Virus record (IMG/VR): IMGVR_UViG_3300026522_000022
Location: 66,611-130,610 of that record
Strand: one strand, 5' to 3'
DNA from: a virus
Lineage: Duplodnaviria > Caudoviricetes
Length of the DNA: 64,000 bases
The position numbers and the translations under genes are program-made. The notes below the pieces were generated by a model that was not told the origin of the DNA, did not search any database, and was given only the letters and a program-made list of their open reading frames with translations. This document shows, piece after piece, positions 52,743 through 62,255 of this stretch. Each line of letters opens with the position of its first letter. Position 1 is the stretch's first letter.

Positions 52743-53935
52743 ATGGCTAACGTAAAGAATTATATGGTGGGGAATGATACTCTTACCATAGAGCAGATTA
52801 ATCATTTTGCAAATTCTGTTGCATATAAGCATTCTAAGATTCGTGTTATGCCAGATGGACATGCCGGAAAGGGCGCTGTAGTCGGTTCAACCATTACCTA
52901 TACTGATAAGATTGTTCCTAATACTGTTGGAGTTGATATAGCTTGTCGAGTCACTGGATTCTGTCTTGGTAATATAGAAATAGATTTCGAAAAGCTTGAC
53001 CATATTGCTCGTCAAAATATTCCGACTGGTTTTAATGTTCGTAATCAGGAGCATGAACTTTCTAAGACTTTTCCGTACGAAGATTTGGTTTGTTGGAGTG
53101 AACTGAAGAATCAGGATCGTCTTCGCAAGTCTATGGGAACTTTGGGCGGTGGAAATCATTATATCGAAATTGATTATGATGATAACACTGAGAATTATTG
53201 GTTGGTTATTCATTGCGGATCCCGTAATCTTGGAAAGCAGGTTGCAGAGTATTATCAGAATATTGCTATAAATGCTAAGAAGGAGCGAATCCAAGAGCTG
53301 AACGCCCGCAAGCGAATATCTATTAATGCTGCTAAATCTGCTGGTTGTATAGATAGTATACAAAATATCGTGAACTATTGGAACGCCCGCATAGCAGAAG
53401 AGCCTGATGATGATATGTGTTATCTTGAAGGTCAGGATATGCAGAATTATCTTCATGATATGCGTATTTGTAATGATTTTTCTAAGTATAATCATATAGT
53501 TATTTTCCAAGAGATAGCAGAAAAGATGGGATGGTAGTGATGGATTATATAACTTGTATACATAATTATGTAGATGTAGATCACAACATCATCCGCAAGG
53601 GTGCTATCGAAGGATATGCGGGCCAGCTTGGTCTTATCCCTCTCAATATGCGGGACGGTGTTCTTATAGTGGAAGCAAAGGGTAATGAAGATTGGAATTG
53701 CTCGCTGCCGCATGGGGCTGGACGTCTTATGTCTCGTGGAGAAGCTCGCCGTTCTCTTTCGCTTTCAGATTTTCAAAATGAAATGAGGGGAATATATTCT
53801 TCTTCTGTTGTTGCAGAAACTATAGATGAAGCGCCTATGGCGTATAAGGATGCGGAAGCTATTATTGAAGCCATTAAGCCCAATGCTAAGATTATTTCGC
53901 ATATGAAGCCAGTATGGAATTTTAAGGCGAAGTAA
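52743..53935 (+). CDS. rtcB: RtcB RNA ligase, in two overlapping frames (52743-53537 and 53531-53935)
   Basis: MPDGHAG, GVDIAC, GTLGGGNHYIE, HCGSR; then HNY, RKGA, PHGAGR, DEAPMAYK. Confidence 0.85.
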
Positions 53936-54006
53936 AAAATATTTATTGCCACCTTTCTTTTCTTGTGTTATAATATATATAGAGAAAGGGAGAGAAAGGA
54001 AATAAA

Positions 54007-54204
54007 ATGACTAGCTACACTGTGATTCTTGATGGTTGCGATGGTTACGAAGAGTGGCCCGGATATGAGGTTCGCAAAGCCCATCTTGGTGATTTCGAGC
54101 GTATGATCGCTGATATTAAGGAAGGTCTTGAAGAACTCGGCGGAGGTCACGCAGATGTTTTCGAGGATGACTCCGGTAACTTTGCATTTGACCTTGAAGT
54201 TTAA
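54007..54204 (+). CDS. Acidic hypothetical protein
   Basis: Promoter, SD, GC-rich codons. Confidence 0.6.
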   Translation: MTSYTVILDGCDGYEEWPGYEVRKAHLGDFERMIADIKEGLEELGGGHADVFEDDSGNFAFDLEV

Positions 54205-54307
54205 ATAGAATTTTAAATTATAAAAAAGAGCTGGCAAAAATAACAGTTGCCAGCTCTTATTTTTTTTGATATAATATATATAGAAGGTAGGAGAAAGGAG
54301 AAAAACC

Positions 54308-54757
54308 ATGACTACCTGGAATGAAAAGTTCAATTACTTTGATGACGAGGAGCTTGCGGCTGATTGGTTCAACGAGCTTTGCGAGCGTCTGAACTGGAAG
54401 TTCTTTGAGAACCAGGAAGATATGCTTTACATGGCTGGTGAACTCGGCCCCGGTTCTCTCCCTAAGTTCAAGGAAGGCGCTATCGAGAAGATGCAGGCTA
54501 CTATCGTTCGTGAACTGGGTTGGATGATCGGTTGCATCACCACTGGTTTCATCGAGAGCTTCCGCATTGATTCCAATATCGACCTTTCCGAAGAGATGGA
54601 AGATTGGCTCATTGATGAAATGGGCATGGATGCTTATGGAGAATGGGAGATCGAAGCTCGCAATAAGATAGTTGAGGAGTATAGCAAGCATCTTGGCCGT
54701 GAAAAGGCTCTGGAACTCGCAAAGGAATGGTGGGGTGAAAATAATGGGGTACGTTAA
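54308..54757 (+). CDS. Acidic hypothetical protein
   Basis: Promoter and SD; eight Trp codons, all TGG. Confidence 0.7.
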   Translation: MTTWNEKFNYFDDEELAADWFNELCERLNWKFFENQEDMLYMAGELGPGSLPKFKEGAIEKMQATIVRELGWMIGCITTGFIESFRIDSNIDLSEEMEDWLIDEMGMDAYGEWEIEARNKIVEEYSKHLGREKALELAKEWWGENNGVR

Positions 54758-55016
54758 GGATTATTTTATTTCCGAACCCAGCGATTATAACGAGGAGTAT
54801 TTTTACATGCGCGAAGATGAATACTATGATGCCCTTGATGCCATGTCCGCCGCAGAGGAAGCCCGCCTTGAAGATGAGTATAATGTGGTAGAGCTTATGC
54901 ACGCCATCGCAGTGCTTCAGGAGTGTGCGGAGGAGACAGGTATTTCGTGCGAAAAGGCTGTTGCCGCACTTAATAAGTTTATTAAAGAATATGAAGATAC
55001 AGTTAGGCTGGATTAA
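54744..55016 (+). CDS. Acidic hypothetical protein
   Basis: Overlapping start, same codon style. Confidence 0.6.
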   Translation: MGYVKDYFISEPSDYNEEYFYMREDEYYDALDAMSAAEEARLEDEYNVVELMHAIAVLQECAEETGISCEKAVAALNKFIKEYEDTVRLD

Positions 55017-55655
55017 ATGTCAAAATATACTAACATGATAACCTACGACGGGGTTAGGCTAGAACCTAGCCCCGAAAGTAGGTTTGCCAATTTGGTTCGA
55101 GAAAACAAGGAGACTTATAAAATGGATTTTACCTATAAACCTTCGATTACAAATACAAACCCAAATATTACATATACTACCAATACTTTTACTACTGCCG
55201 GAGATTCTGACTCATATAGTATACGAGCAAATAGTGCTATTGAAACCTATATTGATAGAGAGCTACTTAAGAAAGTTTTTGAATGTGAAGATGAAATTAA
55301 AGAAGAGTTAAAAGCAGAAAAGGATGCGGCTGAGTTAAAGAAAGTCCAAAAGAGAAACAAGAGACTGCGGGGACTCATTGAAAAAGTAACTTTTAGTGGT
55401 CCTGTTACTGTAGTTAAGTGGAATGATGGAAGTATTACTCGTGTGCGGTGTGCTGAAGGTGAAGTATATGACCAGGAAAAGGGTCTACTTGCAGCTATGG
55501 CAAAGAAGTTATACGAGAATACAAATATTTTTGTAGAAGAGCTTGCTTATTGGTGTGACGATCCTGATGATGATGATTTTGAAGCATATCGTCAAACTAT
55601 TAATGAAAGAGACTGGAAAAAGCTAAGAGATTGGTTTGAACATGAAGATGATTAA
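55017..55655 (+). CDS. Conserved phage hypothetical protein
   Basis: IEKV.F.GP.TVV.W.DG..T.V.C...D.EKG motif. Confidence 0.7.
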   Translation: MSKYTNMITYDGVRLEPSPESRFANLVRENKETYKMDFTYKPSITNTNPNITYTTNTFTTAGDSDSYSIRANSAIETYIDRELLKKVFECEDEIKEELKAEKDAAELKKVQKRNKRLRGLIEKVTFSGPVTVVKWNDGSITRVRCAEGEVYDQEKGLLAAMAKKLYENTNIFVEELAYWCDDPDDDDFEAYRQTINERDWKKLRDWFEHEDD

Positions 55656-56013
55656 TCTTTTGGACGAGACTGAAACGTATATGATTAAACTTGGCTATTC
55701 TTGGAGTGATGTTAACTTCATAGGTGGTAAGGATTTTTCGATTTCAATTGAAAATTTTTGAGAAGTTGCAGCTCATGCAAATTATAATTCAGGATATGGG
55801 GCTCCTGAAGTTGCGGAGGACCTTGTGATTGTTTTTAATGACGGGTGTTGGTTTGATCGTCGTGAATATGATGGCAGTGAATGGTGGACATATAATATTG
55901 TTCCTCGAAAACCTGATTTTGAAAAAGAGATTCATGCTCTTGTTGTTGACCAAAAGCGAAATAGCGAATATCCAGGTTGGTTGTCTCTAGAACAAATGAA
56001 TAGAATTTATTAA
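55648..56013 (+). CDS. Conserved phage hypothetical protein (one TGA=Trp)
   Basis: YNSGYGAPEV..DL..R.EYDGSEWW. Confidence 0.65.
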
Positions 56014-56231
56014 TATTTATAATAATATATCTATTTGTAAAATTTTTGATGCCTAATATTTGTAAGGAAAAATAATGATAGATAAAGATATGGTTATTAT
56101 TATTTTTTGTATAATTATTATATGCGGAGGTATTGGTGTTATACTTTCAGAGTACCCCGAGTATATGCAATGGCGTTTGCGAAGGTGTATGTCAAAGCTG
56201 ACCGGCCGCATTTATTGGTAAAGAGGTAATA

Positions 56232-56453
56232 ATGTTATGTCCAATTAAATATAATCCTGCAAAGTATGATCAATGTTATTATGATTGTCCGTGGGCTTGT
56301 ATAACTAGTGAAGGTTATTGTTGTGCGGTTGCTATGTTAGCAATGAATAAGATGGATGGTGTGGGAATTAACATTGAGCCTCTGCCGCAAAGTTTTTATG
56401 ATGATTTAAAGTTAAAAGAGAAAACTGAATCTGAAACAAAAAAGGAGCTTTAG
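56232..56453 (+). CDS. Small Cys-rich hypothetical protein
   Basis: GAGG SD; CP..C..C.W..C. Confidence 0.5.
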   Translation: MLCPIKYNPAKYDQCYYDCPWACITSEGYCCAVAMLAMNKMDGVGINIEPLPQSFYDDLKLKEKTESETKKEL

Positions 56454-56525
56454 CTCCTTTTTTTATTGCACTTTAGCGCAATATATTTTGACTTTTGATT
56501 TTGAATGTGGTATAATATAAATAGT

Positions 56526-56806
56526 AAAAAACCTATGCTAACTGGTTAAAAAACCTATTACAACTAGCAAAAAACCTATTATAACTAGTAAAAAAACCTA
56601 TGCTAAATAAAAAAACCTATTACAACCTGTTAAAAAACCTATGCTAATATTAAAAAAACCTATGCTAATATGCTTAGATTTTTCGTTTCTTATATGCTGG
56701 GCGTGTGATGTCGTATAACAACTGCAAAAAACCTATGCTAATATGAAAAAAACCTATGCTAACTAGTAAAAAAACCTATGCTAATGGGTAAAAAAACCTA
56801 TTACCC
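56526..56806 (+). repeat. Iteron-like array of 11 x AAAAAACCTAT(GCTA/TA), probable replication origin
   Basis: Direct repeats about 20-23 bp apart in blocks of 7 and 4, upstream of a Rep-like gene. Confidence 0.75.
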
Positions 56807-56934
56807 TAAAAGACGAAAAGACGAAAGACGATAAAAGACCCCGGTTTTTTCTGCGAAATGCAGAAAAAACGCTAAGCTCACTACGTTCGCTTAGCTGATT
56901 TAATTTTAGAATTTTGATTTTGAAAGGAGGAGTA

Positions 56935-57708
56935 TTGACGAAAGAAGAGTATATTATGTTAGATATTCATCCTGATAATATGAAAGAAAAGAATTATAAT
57001 TTGAGAGGAATAGCATTAAGTAATTTTTTAGGTACTGTAGATCTTGCTACAAATCAAAGAATAATAGAAAAGTCAGAGTTTATAGGTCAATTAAAACAAA
57101 TATTAAAGTTGACTAAATATAAGTGTAAAGTTATAGTTCAGACTTTCTTAGATTTGAACATTATAGAAGAAGATAATAAGTATTATTATATTAATCCTGT
57201 AAGCAGTAATTTTTTAAAGTTGGTTGTTCCTACTGCTAAGTATTGTATTAATAATTTGAGTGATTTTTGTTTTAAAGTTTATTGTTATATGTTAAATAAG
57301 TATAATATACATATGGCGTATAGACATTATGAAAATTATTTTTTTTCTTTTAAAGAAGTTTTAAATGATTTAGGGTATAGTAATTATGCGGCTAATATGA
57401 ATATGTTACAACAGGCATTAACTACCTTAGAAGAGTTAGGTTTTATAGAGTATGAGCATGAAGCTAAAGGTAGGCCAGGTAAGCATGGGACATATCATGA
57501 ATTGTATAATGTAAATCAGATTGCTCCTGTTCAAGTTAAAGCTGCTAAGAATTATATTAATAATGGATATGAAATTACAGAAGATATTGTTGAGGATGTA
57601 TTATTGCCTGATGCGGAGGTAGCTAAGGCATGGTTAGAGTCTGGAGCATATGATATGAAAAGTTTACCAGATTCTTATAGAAAGGCGTATGAGAAAAATT
57701 ATGGTTAA
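56935..57708 (+). CDS. Putative replication initiator (tandem winged-helix)
   Basis: FKVYCYML, LNDLGYS..L..LEELGFIEY; adjacent to the iterons. Confidence 0.55.
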   Translation: MTKEEYIMLDIHPDNMKEKNYNLRGIALSNFLGTVDLATNQRIIEKSEFIGQLKQILKLTKYKCKVIVQTFLDLNIIEEDNKYYYINPVSSNFLKLVVPTAKYCINNLSDFCFKVYCYMLNKYNIHMAYRHYENYFFSFKEVLNDLGYSNYAANMNMLQQALTTLEELGFIEYEHEAKGRPGKHGTYHELYNVNQIAPVQVKAAKNYINNGYEITEDIVEDVLLPDAEVAKAWLESGAYDMKSLPDSYRKAYEKNYG

Positions 57709-57910
57709 AGAAGAATTATTGAAATATTTAGAAGAAAAAGAAAAAGAAATAACTTGATATAAACATGAATATAAAGGAGATACAGAAGAATTAATTAAAA
57801 ATATAAGGTGGGAAGATATAGAGATAGGTCCTATATTTGGATGAAATTTAAATAAATTAAAAAATAGTTATACATTAGAAGATTTAAAAGATGCTATTTA
57901 TCAAGAATAG
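57701..57910 (+). CDS. Hypothetical protein (two TGA=Trp)
   Basis: Overlapping start; open to TAG with readthrough. Confidence 0.45.
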
Positions 57911-58650
57911 CACAAAATTGTATAGCTCAATGAAATTTTAGTATAAAATTGTATAGCCCAGTGAAACTGGGGTGCCCTTGTCATGACCAGCCCAATTTCC
58001 AGTTCTCGAATCCGCAACCGTATGCCTTGCCAAAAGGATTTTTAAAACTAAAACCGATTTTCAAATTTCTTGCGGAAGACATCTGATCACTCTAAATATA
58101 CCATATTTTGTATTTGAGAGCAAATAAAAAACACAATATCTATGGTCAAATTTTAGCGTTTGCCGCACATTTCGCTCCATTTTAACGATTTGGTCTTATA
58201 GATGGATGAAAGTTCGACCGGAAATTTCCGATTATCTCGAGCGAAATATGTGCGGGTTACGGAGATCGTGCGTATGAAGAGGCTGGGGCCCGCACCTTCT
58301 ATCTCTTTCTTCTCTTGGATTATTTTTGTTTAGATATAGTAGTATCTTATCCATGAAAAAAGTATCTTAGCCATAATTTGAATGCGGCTGCTCAGACAAA
58401 AATCTTCTATTGACAGAACAGCTAAACTATGGTATAATAAAAGTGAGTATATTTTTTTTAAAAATAATTCTTTGTTTTAATTTTTATTTTCGATTTCATC
58501 TATTGGATCATTTAAAAATTTTTCTTTTCAAAATTTAATCTTTATGGTATAATATAATTAAAGAAAGGGAGAAAAAGAGTTAAAAAAGTTTGACAAAAGG
58601 GTTTTTCTTTGTTACTATGACATTGTTGGAAAAAACAGAAAGGGGTTAAC

Positions 58651-58842
58651 ATGAAATTCTTGCTGGTGTATGATTGGGTTAATGAGGGCACTGAGTTCAG
58701 AATGTTCTTTGATACTAAAGAGCAACTCTTTGAAGCTAAAGCAGAAGCAGAAAAAGATTTTGCCCATGAAATTCAATCTAATGAGTTGATTCTTTCACCT
58801 GCGATTGGTTACAGTTGGGCAGAGATTGACCAATTTTTCTAA
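58651..58842 (+). CDS. Hypothetical protein
   Basis: Promoter and SD. Confidence 0.55.
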   Translation: MKFLLVYDWVNEGTEFRMFFDTKEQLFEAKAEAEKDFAHEIQSNELILSPAIGYSWAEIDQFF

Positions 58843-59266
58843 AAAAGTTAAAAAAGTTTAGTTTTTGAATTTTTTCTTTCTTTGTTCTTTGATAATCGTA
58901 TATTTTTTGAAGTTTTTTAACAATTTTCATTTTGAAATTTCATTTTGAATTTTCATTTTTAAACATTTCTGGTTAAAAAATTTCATTTTCATTTTCAAAC
59001 CAAGTTAAAAATAATCATTTTCAAAACAAAAATTTTATGGTATAATAAATGTATAAGAGAGAGGGAAAAAAGAAAGTACATAATTTGAGATTTACTTCTT
59101 CTCTTGAGCACCTTAAAATTTCTTGTTGACAGCAGTTGAAAAACATGCTATAATATATATGTAAGAAAAAGGTAAGGAAAGTAAGGAAGTTCTGACACTG
59201 GTAAAGAGGGGATGGCCTCCCCTGAAAATAAGGAGCCTCAAGAAGGGGCAGAAAAGGAGAACTACA

Positions 59267-59605
59267 ATGGCTGAGAAGATTACCCGCAAGGACCTGTTCG
59301 CTCGTATCGCTGAGACGATGGCCGATGACCCTGAGGTTGTTGAGATGTGCGAGAAGTACATTGCCCAGCTCAGCAAGCCTCGCGTCCACAAGACCAAGCC
59401 CGAGGTTGTTGAGTTCCGTGCGGCCGTCGCGTCTTACCTCGCTGAGGCTGAGGGCCCGATGACCAACAAGGAGCTGGCTGCTGCGATGGAGTGCAGTGCT
59501 CAGAAGATGGCGGCTGCGCTTCGCTACCTCGTCGGTGAGGGTCTGGTCTCCCGCACCGAGGGCGAGAAGAAGAATGACCCGGCCACTTTCGTGGCTATCG
59601 CCTAG
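59267..59605 (+). CDS. Winged-helix DNA-binding protein, early type
   Basis: MTNKELAAAMECSAQKMAAALRYLV.EG; GC-rich. Confidence 0.7.
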   Translation: MAEKITRKDLFARIAETMADDPEVVEMCEKYIAQLSKPRVHKTKPEVVEFRAAVASYLAEAEGPMTNKELAAAMECSAQKMAAALRYLVGEGLVSRTEGEKKNDPATFVAIA

Positions 59606-59702
59606 AACTTAGGCACGAGGACTGCCCTAGCAGTAGAGGTGCGGGGAGTGGCTAGGGACACTCCCCATCATAAAGACCATGACATAAGCAAGGAGACAGA
59701 TC

Positions 59703-60104
59703 ATGAAGTATACCTTCACCACTGAGACAGGGACAGAGAAGACGATCAACATTCCGGACAGTGTATTTGTGCAGGGCCGCAAGGAGGGTCTGAGCCAGCG
59801 GGAGACGATCGATCGCTACCTCAGTGATGAGGGTTATATTGTTGACCCTACTGTCGCTGAGCTGACGGAGAAGGCAAAGGCTAACGGGACTGGCCTCAAG
59901 GCTCGTACTGGGAAGCGTAAGGCTCCCACCCGCAAGCCAGACGAGACGAAGCGTGCGCTGATCGTTGCTCTGAATGATTTTCTCTGCGATTATGCGGGGA
60001 CTAAAGATGTGACGGTTACGAACATCGAGCGTATAATTGCCTTCCGCATCGGTGACGATAATTATGAGCTTACCCTGAGCAAGAAGCGTAAACCGAAGGC
60101 TTAG
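59703..60104 (+). CDS. Hypothetical phage protein
   Basis: AGGAG SD; RKPDETKR..NIER.I.F. Confidence 0.7.
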   Translation: MKYTFTTETGTEKTINIPDSVFVQGRKEGLSQRETIDRYLSDEGYIVDPTVAELTEKAKANGTGLKARTGKRKAPTRKPDETKRALIVALNDFLCDYAGTKDVTVTNIERIIAFRIGDDNYELTLSKKRKPKA

Positions 60105-60417
60105 GATCGAGCTATACCCCTTTCATAACGGGTAGCGTGAGTCATGGCACGCCCCGGCCCCTTTCTCGAGAAGCGTCGCGTATGCGGCGCTTCTTTTTTT
60201 TTTATTTGTTTATTTTGTGGAGCGAGGAAAAGAGGGCGTATAGAAAATTTGCTCTTGACAGAACGACTGAAATATGATATAATTAAAATGAGAATTATTT
60301 TTTTTAAAAAAAATTTTAAAGTTTTAGGAATCGGGAAAATTATAGCTTTGCGTCGTATATCGCCAGTTCTATGAAAATGGGGCGTATAGCGCGTGCCCAG
60401 CCCACGACCGACCACGG

Positions 60418-60448
60418 CGAACATCTGTTCGATGCGAACATTTGTTCG
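60418..60448. promoter_or_regulatory. Tandem Gram-positive/actinobacterial LexA boxes (third copy at 62157-62170)
   Basis: CGAACATCTGTTCG, CGAACATTTGTTCG and CGAACAAATGTTCG match CGAAC-N4-GTTCG exactly. Confidence 0.75.
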
Positions 60449-60462
60449 ATAGCGAATGCGGC

Positions 60463-60618
60463 TGACAAATGTAAGCCTTTATATTTGTAAAGGTTGACAA
60501 ATGTAAGCCTTTATATTTGTAAAGGTTGACAAATGTAAGCCTTTATATTTGTAAAGGTTGACAAATGTAAGCCTTTATATTTGTAATGGTTGACAAATGT
60601 AAGCCTTTACATTTGTAA
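60463..60618. repeat. 32-bp tandem repeat, about 5 copies, of CopY/BlaI-type boxes
   Basis: Unit TGACAAATGTAAGCCTTTATATTTGTAAAGGT; GACAAATGTA matches KACAnnTGTA. Confidence 0.8.
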
Positions 60619-60980
60619 AAAGTTAGATGCGGTTAACTTTTTGGTGCAACTTTACATAAGATGCTATATCATGCATTTTTTGAAAAAATGCATAAATAGT
60701 TGATAATATTCAAAATAATGCATAAAAAAGAGAAATATGCATGATTAATGCATAACTTTACTTTACATAAGATATTATATCATGCGTTTGCGGGATACCG
60801 CTCACCGACGATTTGCTACCGTTCACCGGTAGGGGTCTTTTTTTTACTTGAAATTTGTGTTAAAATTTTCGGCCGCCCAGGAAGTTAGCCTTGGTTAACT
60901 TTTAGGCAAAGAAAACCCTACCGATTAGGTAGGGTTTTAGTAGTATGAGCGGGTAGGGCTTGCGCCCTACCCCTTGGCCG

Positions 60981-61358
60981 CTAGGCGCGGGTGTAGGTCA
61001 CCTTGCGCCCGTCTACGACCTTGGAGATAATGCCCATCTCCACACCCACGCGGGCGACGGCAGCGGCCTTCTGCGTGGTAAGCACGCCGCGCACGTGCTC
61101 GGTAACCCATTTGGCCGTGACTTCGGCTCCCTCGGGGATAGCGGCCGCGAGCTCGCGGGCAAGTCGCTCGTTATCCTTGCGGGCCTTGCTCGGGCCCTCG
61201 GACTTAGCGCGAGGCTTCGTGATGCTGGCGCGCATCTTCTCAAGAATCTCGATGGCTTCATTCGCGCCAGTCTTCTCCATATCACCCATGCAATTTGCAG
61301 TGATGTTATCAATTGCGAACTCGATAGCCTGTGCACGGGTCATTTTCTTCTCTGCCAT
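60981..61358 (-). CDS. Early-type hypothetical protein, winged-helix-like
   Basis: MAEKKMTRAQ..; GC-rich; downstream terminator hairpins. Confidence 0.65.
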   Translation of the reverse strand: MAEKKMTRAQAIEFAIDNITANCMGDMEKTGANEAIEILEKMRASITKPRAKSEGPSKARKDNERLARELAAAIPEGAEVTAKWVTEHVRGVLTTQKAAAVARVGVEMGIISKVVDGRKVTYTRA

Positions 61359-61663
61359 GGTAAACCTACTTTCTGTCTCGGGTGGGTGAGGGCTTGTCCC
61401 TCGGGCTGTCCCCTTTGACATTTACTAGTATAGCAGGTTTGCGGGGGACTGCAAGCGGGATTTTTTGAATAATTCACAAAGGTTTATGCATTTTTTGGCC
61501 GATTTTTTGCATAAAATACATTTAATATGCATCAAAATGCATAAAAGGGTAGAAAAAATTCATTGAAAAAAATTTTTCCACAAAATGCGGCAAGTTTTTC
61601 ACACCCTTGGGAAAAACTGTGAAAAATTTTTACATGAACATGTGAGCATATGTTCATATGTTC

Positions 61664-61815
61664 CACTATTTCACTCTACTGCGGTGGAGTATCTAAATCC
61701 TACTGCTCAAGTATACTTTACCACTCTACTGCGCTAAAGTGCATAATTCCTATTAACTTTGTGCACTTTACTACTCTACTGCGGTGGAGTAACTAAATCC
61801 TACTACTTTAGTATA
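61664..61815. repeat. About 50-bp repeat x3 carrying the CACTCTA-N6-TGGAGT palindrome
   Basis: Copies at 61672, 61722 and 61772; more near 63089 and at 63815-64000. Confidence 0.75.
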
Positions 61816-62212
61816 GTTTCAGATCGGATCTAGTTCTTACAAATGTAAAAAGTTAACCTCGGTTAATTTTTCAGCCGCCCCCGATAAAATAATATCACAC
61901 TTTCAAGGTTGAGCGCATTTAAATTTCAACTTTTTCGTGAACGGTGAACTCTTACAAACGTAAATTTTTTGTTAACCTTGGCTAACTTTTTCGGCCGACT
62001 ATGACAAATGTAAAAAGTTAACCATAGCTAACTTTTTAGAATCCCCCGATTTATGATACTACAAGTTAGTTGCGGGCACAATACCCTAATCGGTGAACGG
62101 TAGTATTACATTTGAAAAATTTAAGTTAACCGCGGCTAACTTTTTTCGGCCTCAGACGAACAAATGTTCGATGTTTCAAAACTGTTAAAAGTTAATCAAG
62201 GTTAACTTTTAA

Positions 62213-62228
62213 CTTTTCACGTGAAACA
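62213..62228. promoter_or_regulatory. parS-like site (also 62697-62712 and 63345-63360)
   Basis: TTTCACGTGAAA core; this copy matches TGTTTCACGTGAAACA at 14 of 16 positions. Confidence 0.65.
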
Positions 62229-62255
62229 AAAAAGCCCGCTTGCGCGGGCTTTCTT
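62229..62255 (-). terminator. Intrinsic terminator (copy at 63361-63386)
   Basis: AAAGCCCGC-ttgc-GCGGGCTTT flanked by A/T runs. Confidence 0.8.

Noticed and set aside
56526-56806. CRISPR array
   Set aside because: The repeats and gaps are too short (about 21-bp period); they fit iterons.
60463-60618. CRISPR array
   Set aside because: The units are head-to-tail with no unique spacers.
61463-61479. Rex operator
   Set aside because: The spacer is one base short and the left arm mismatched; too weak in AT-rich DNA.
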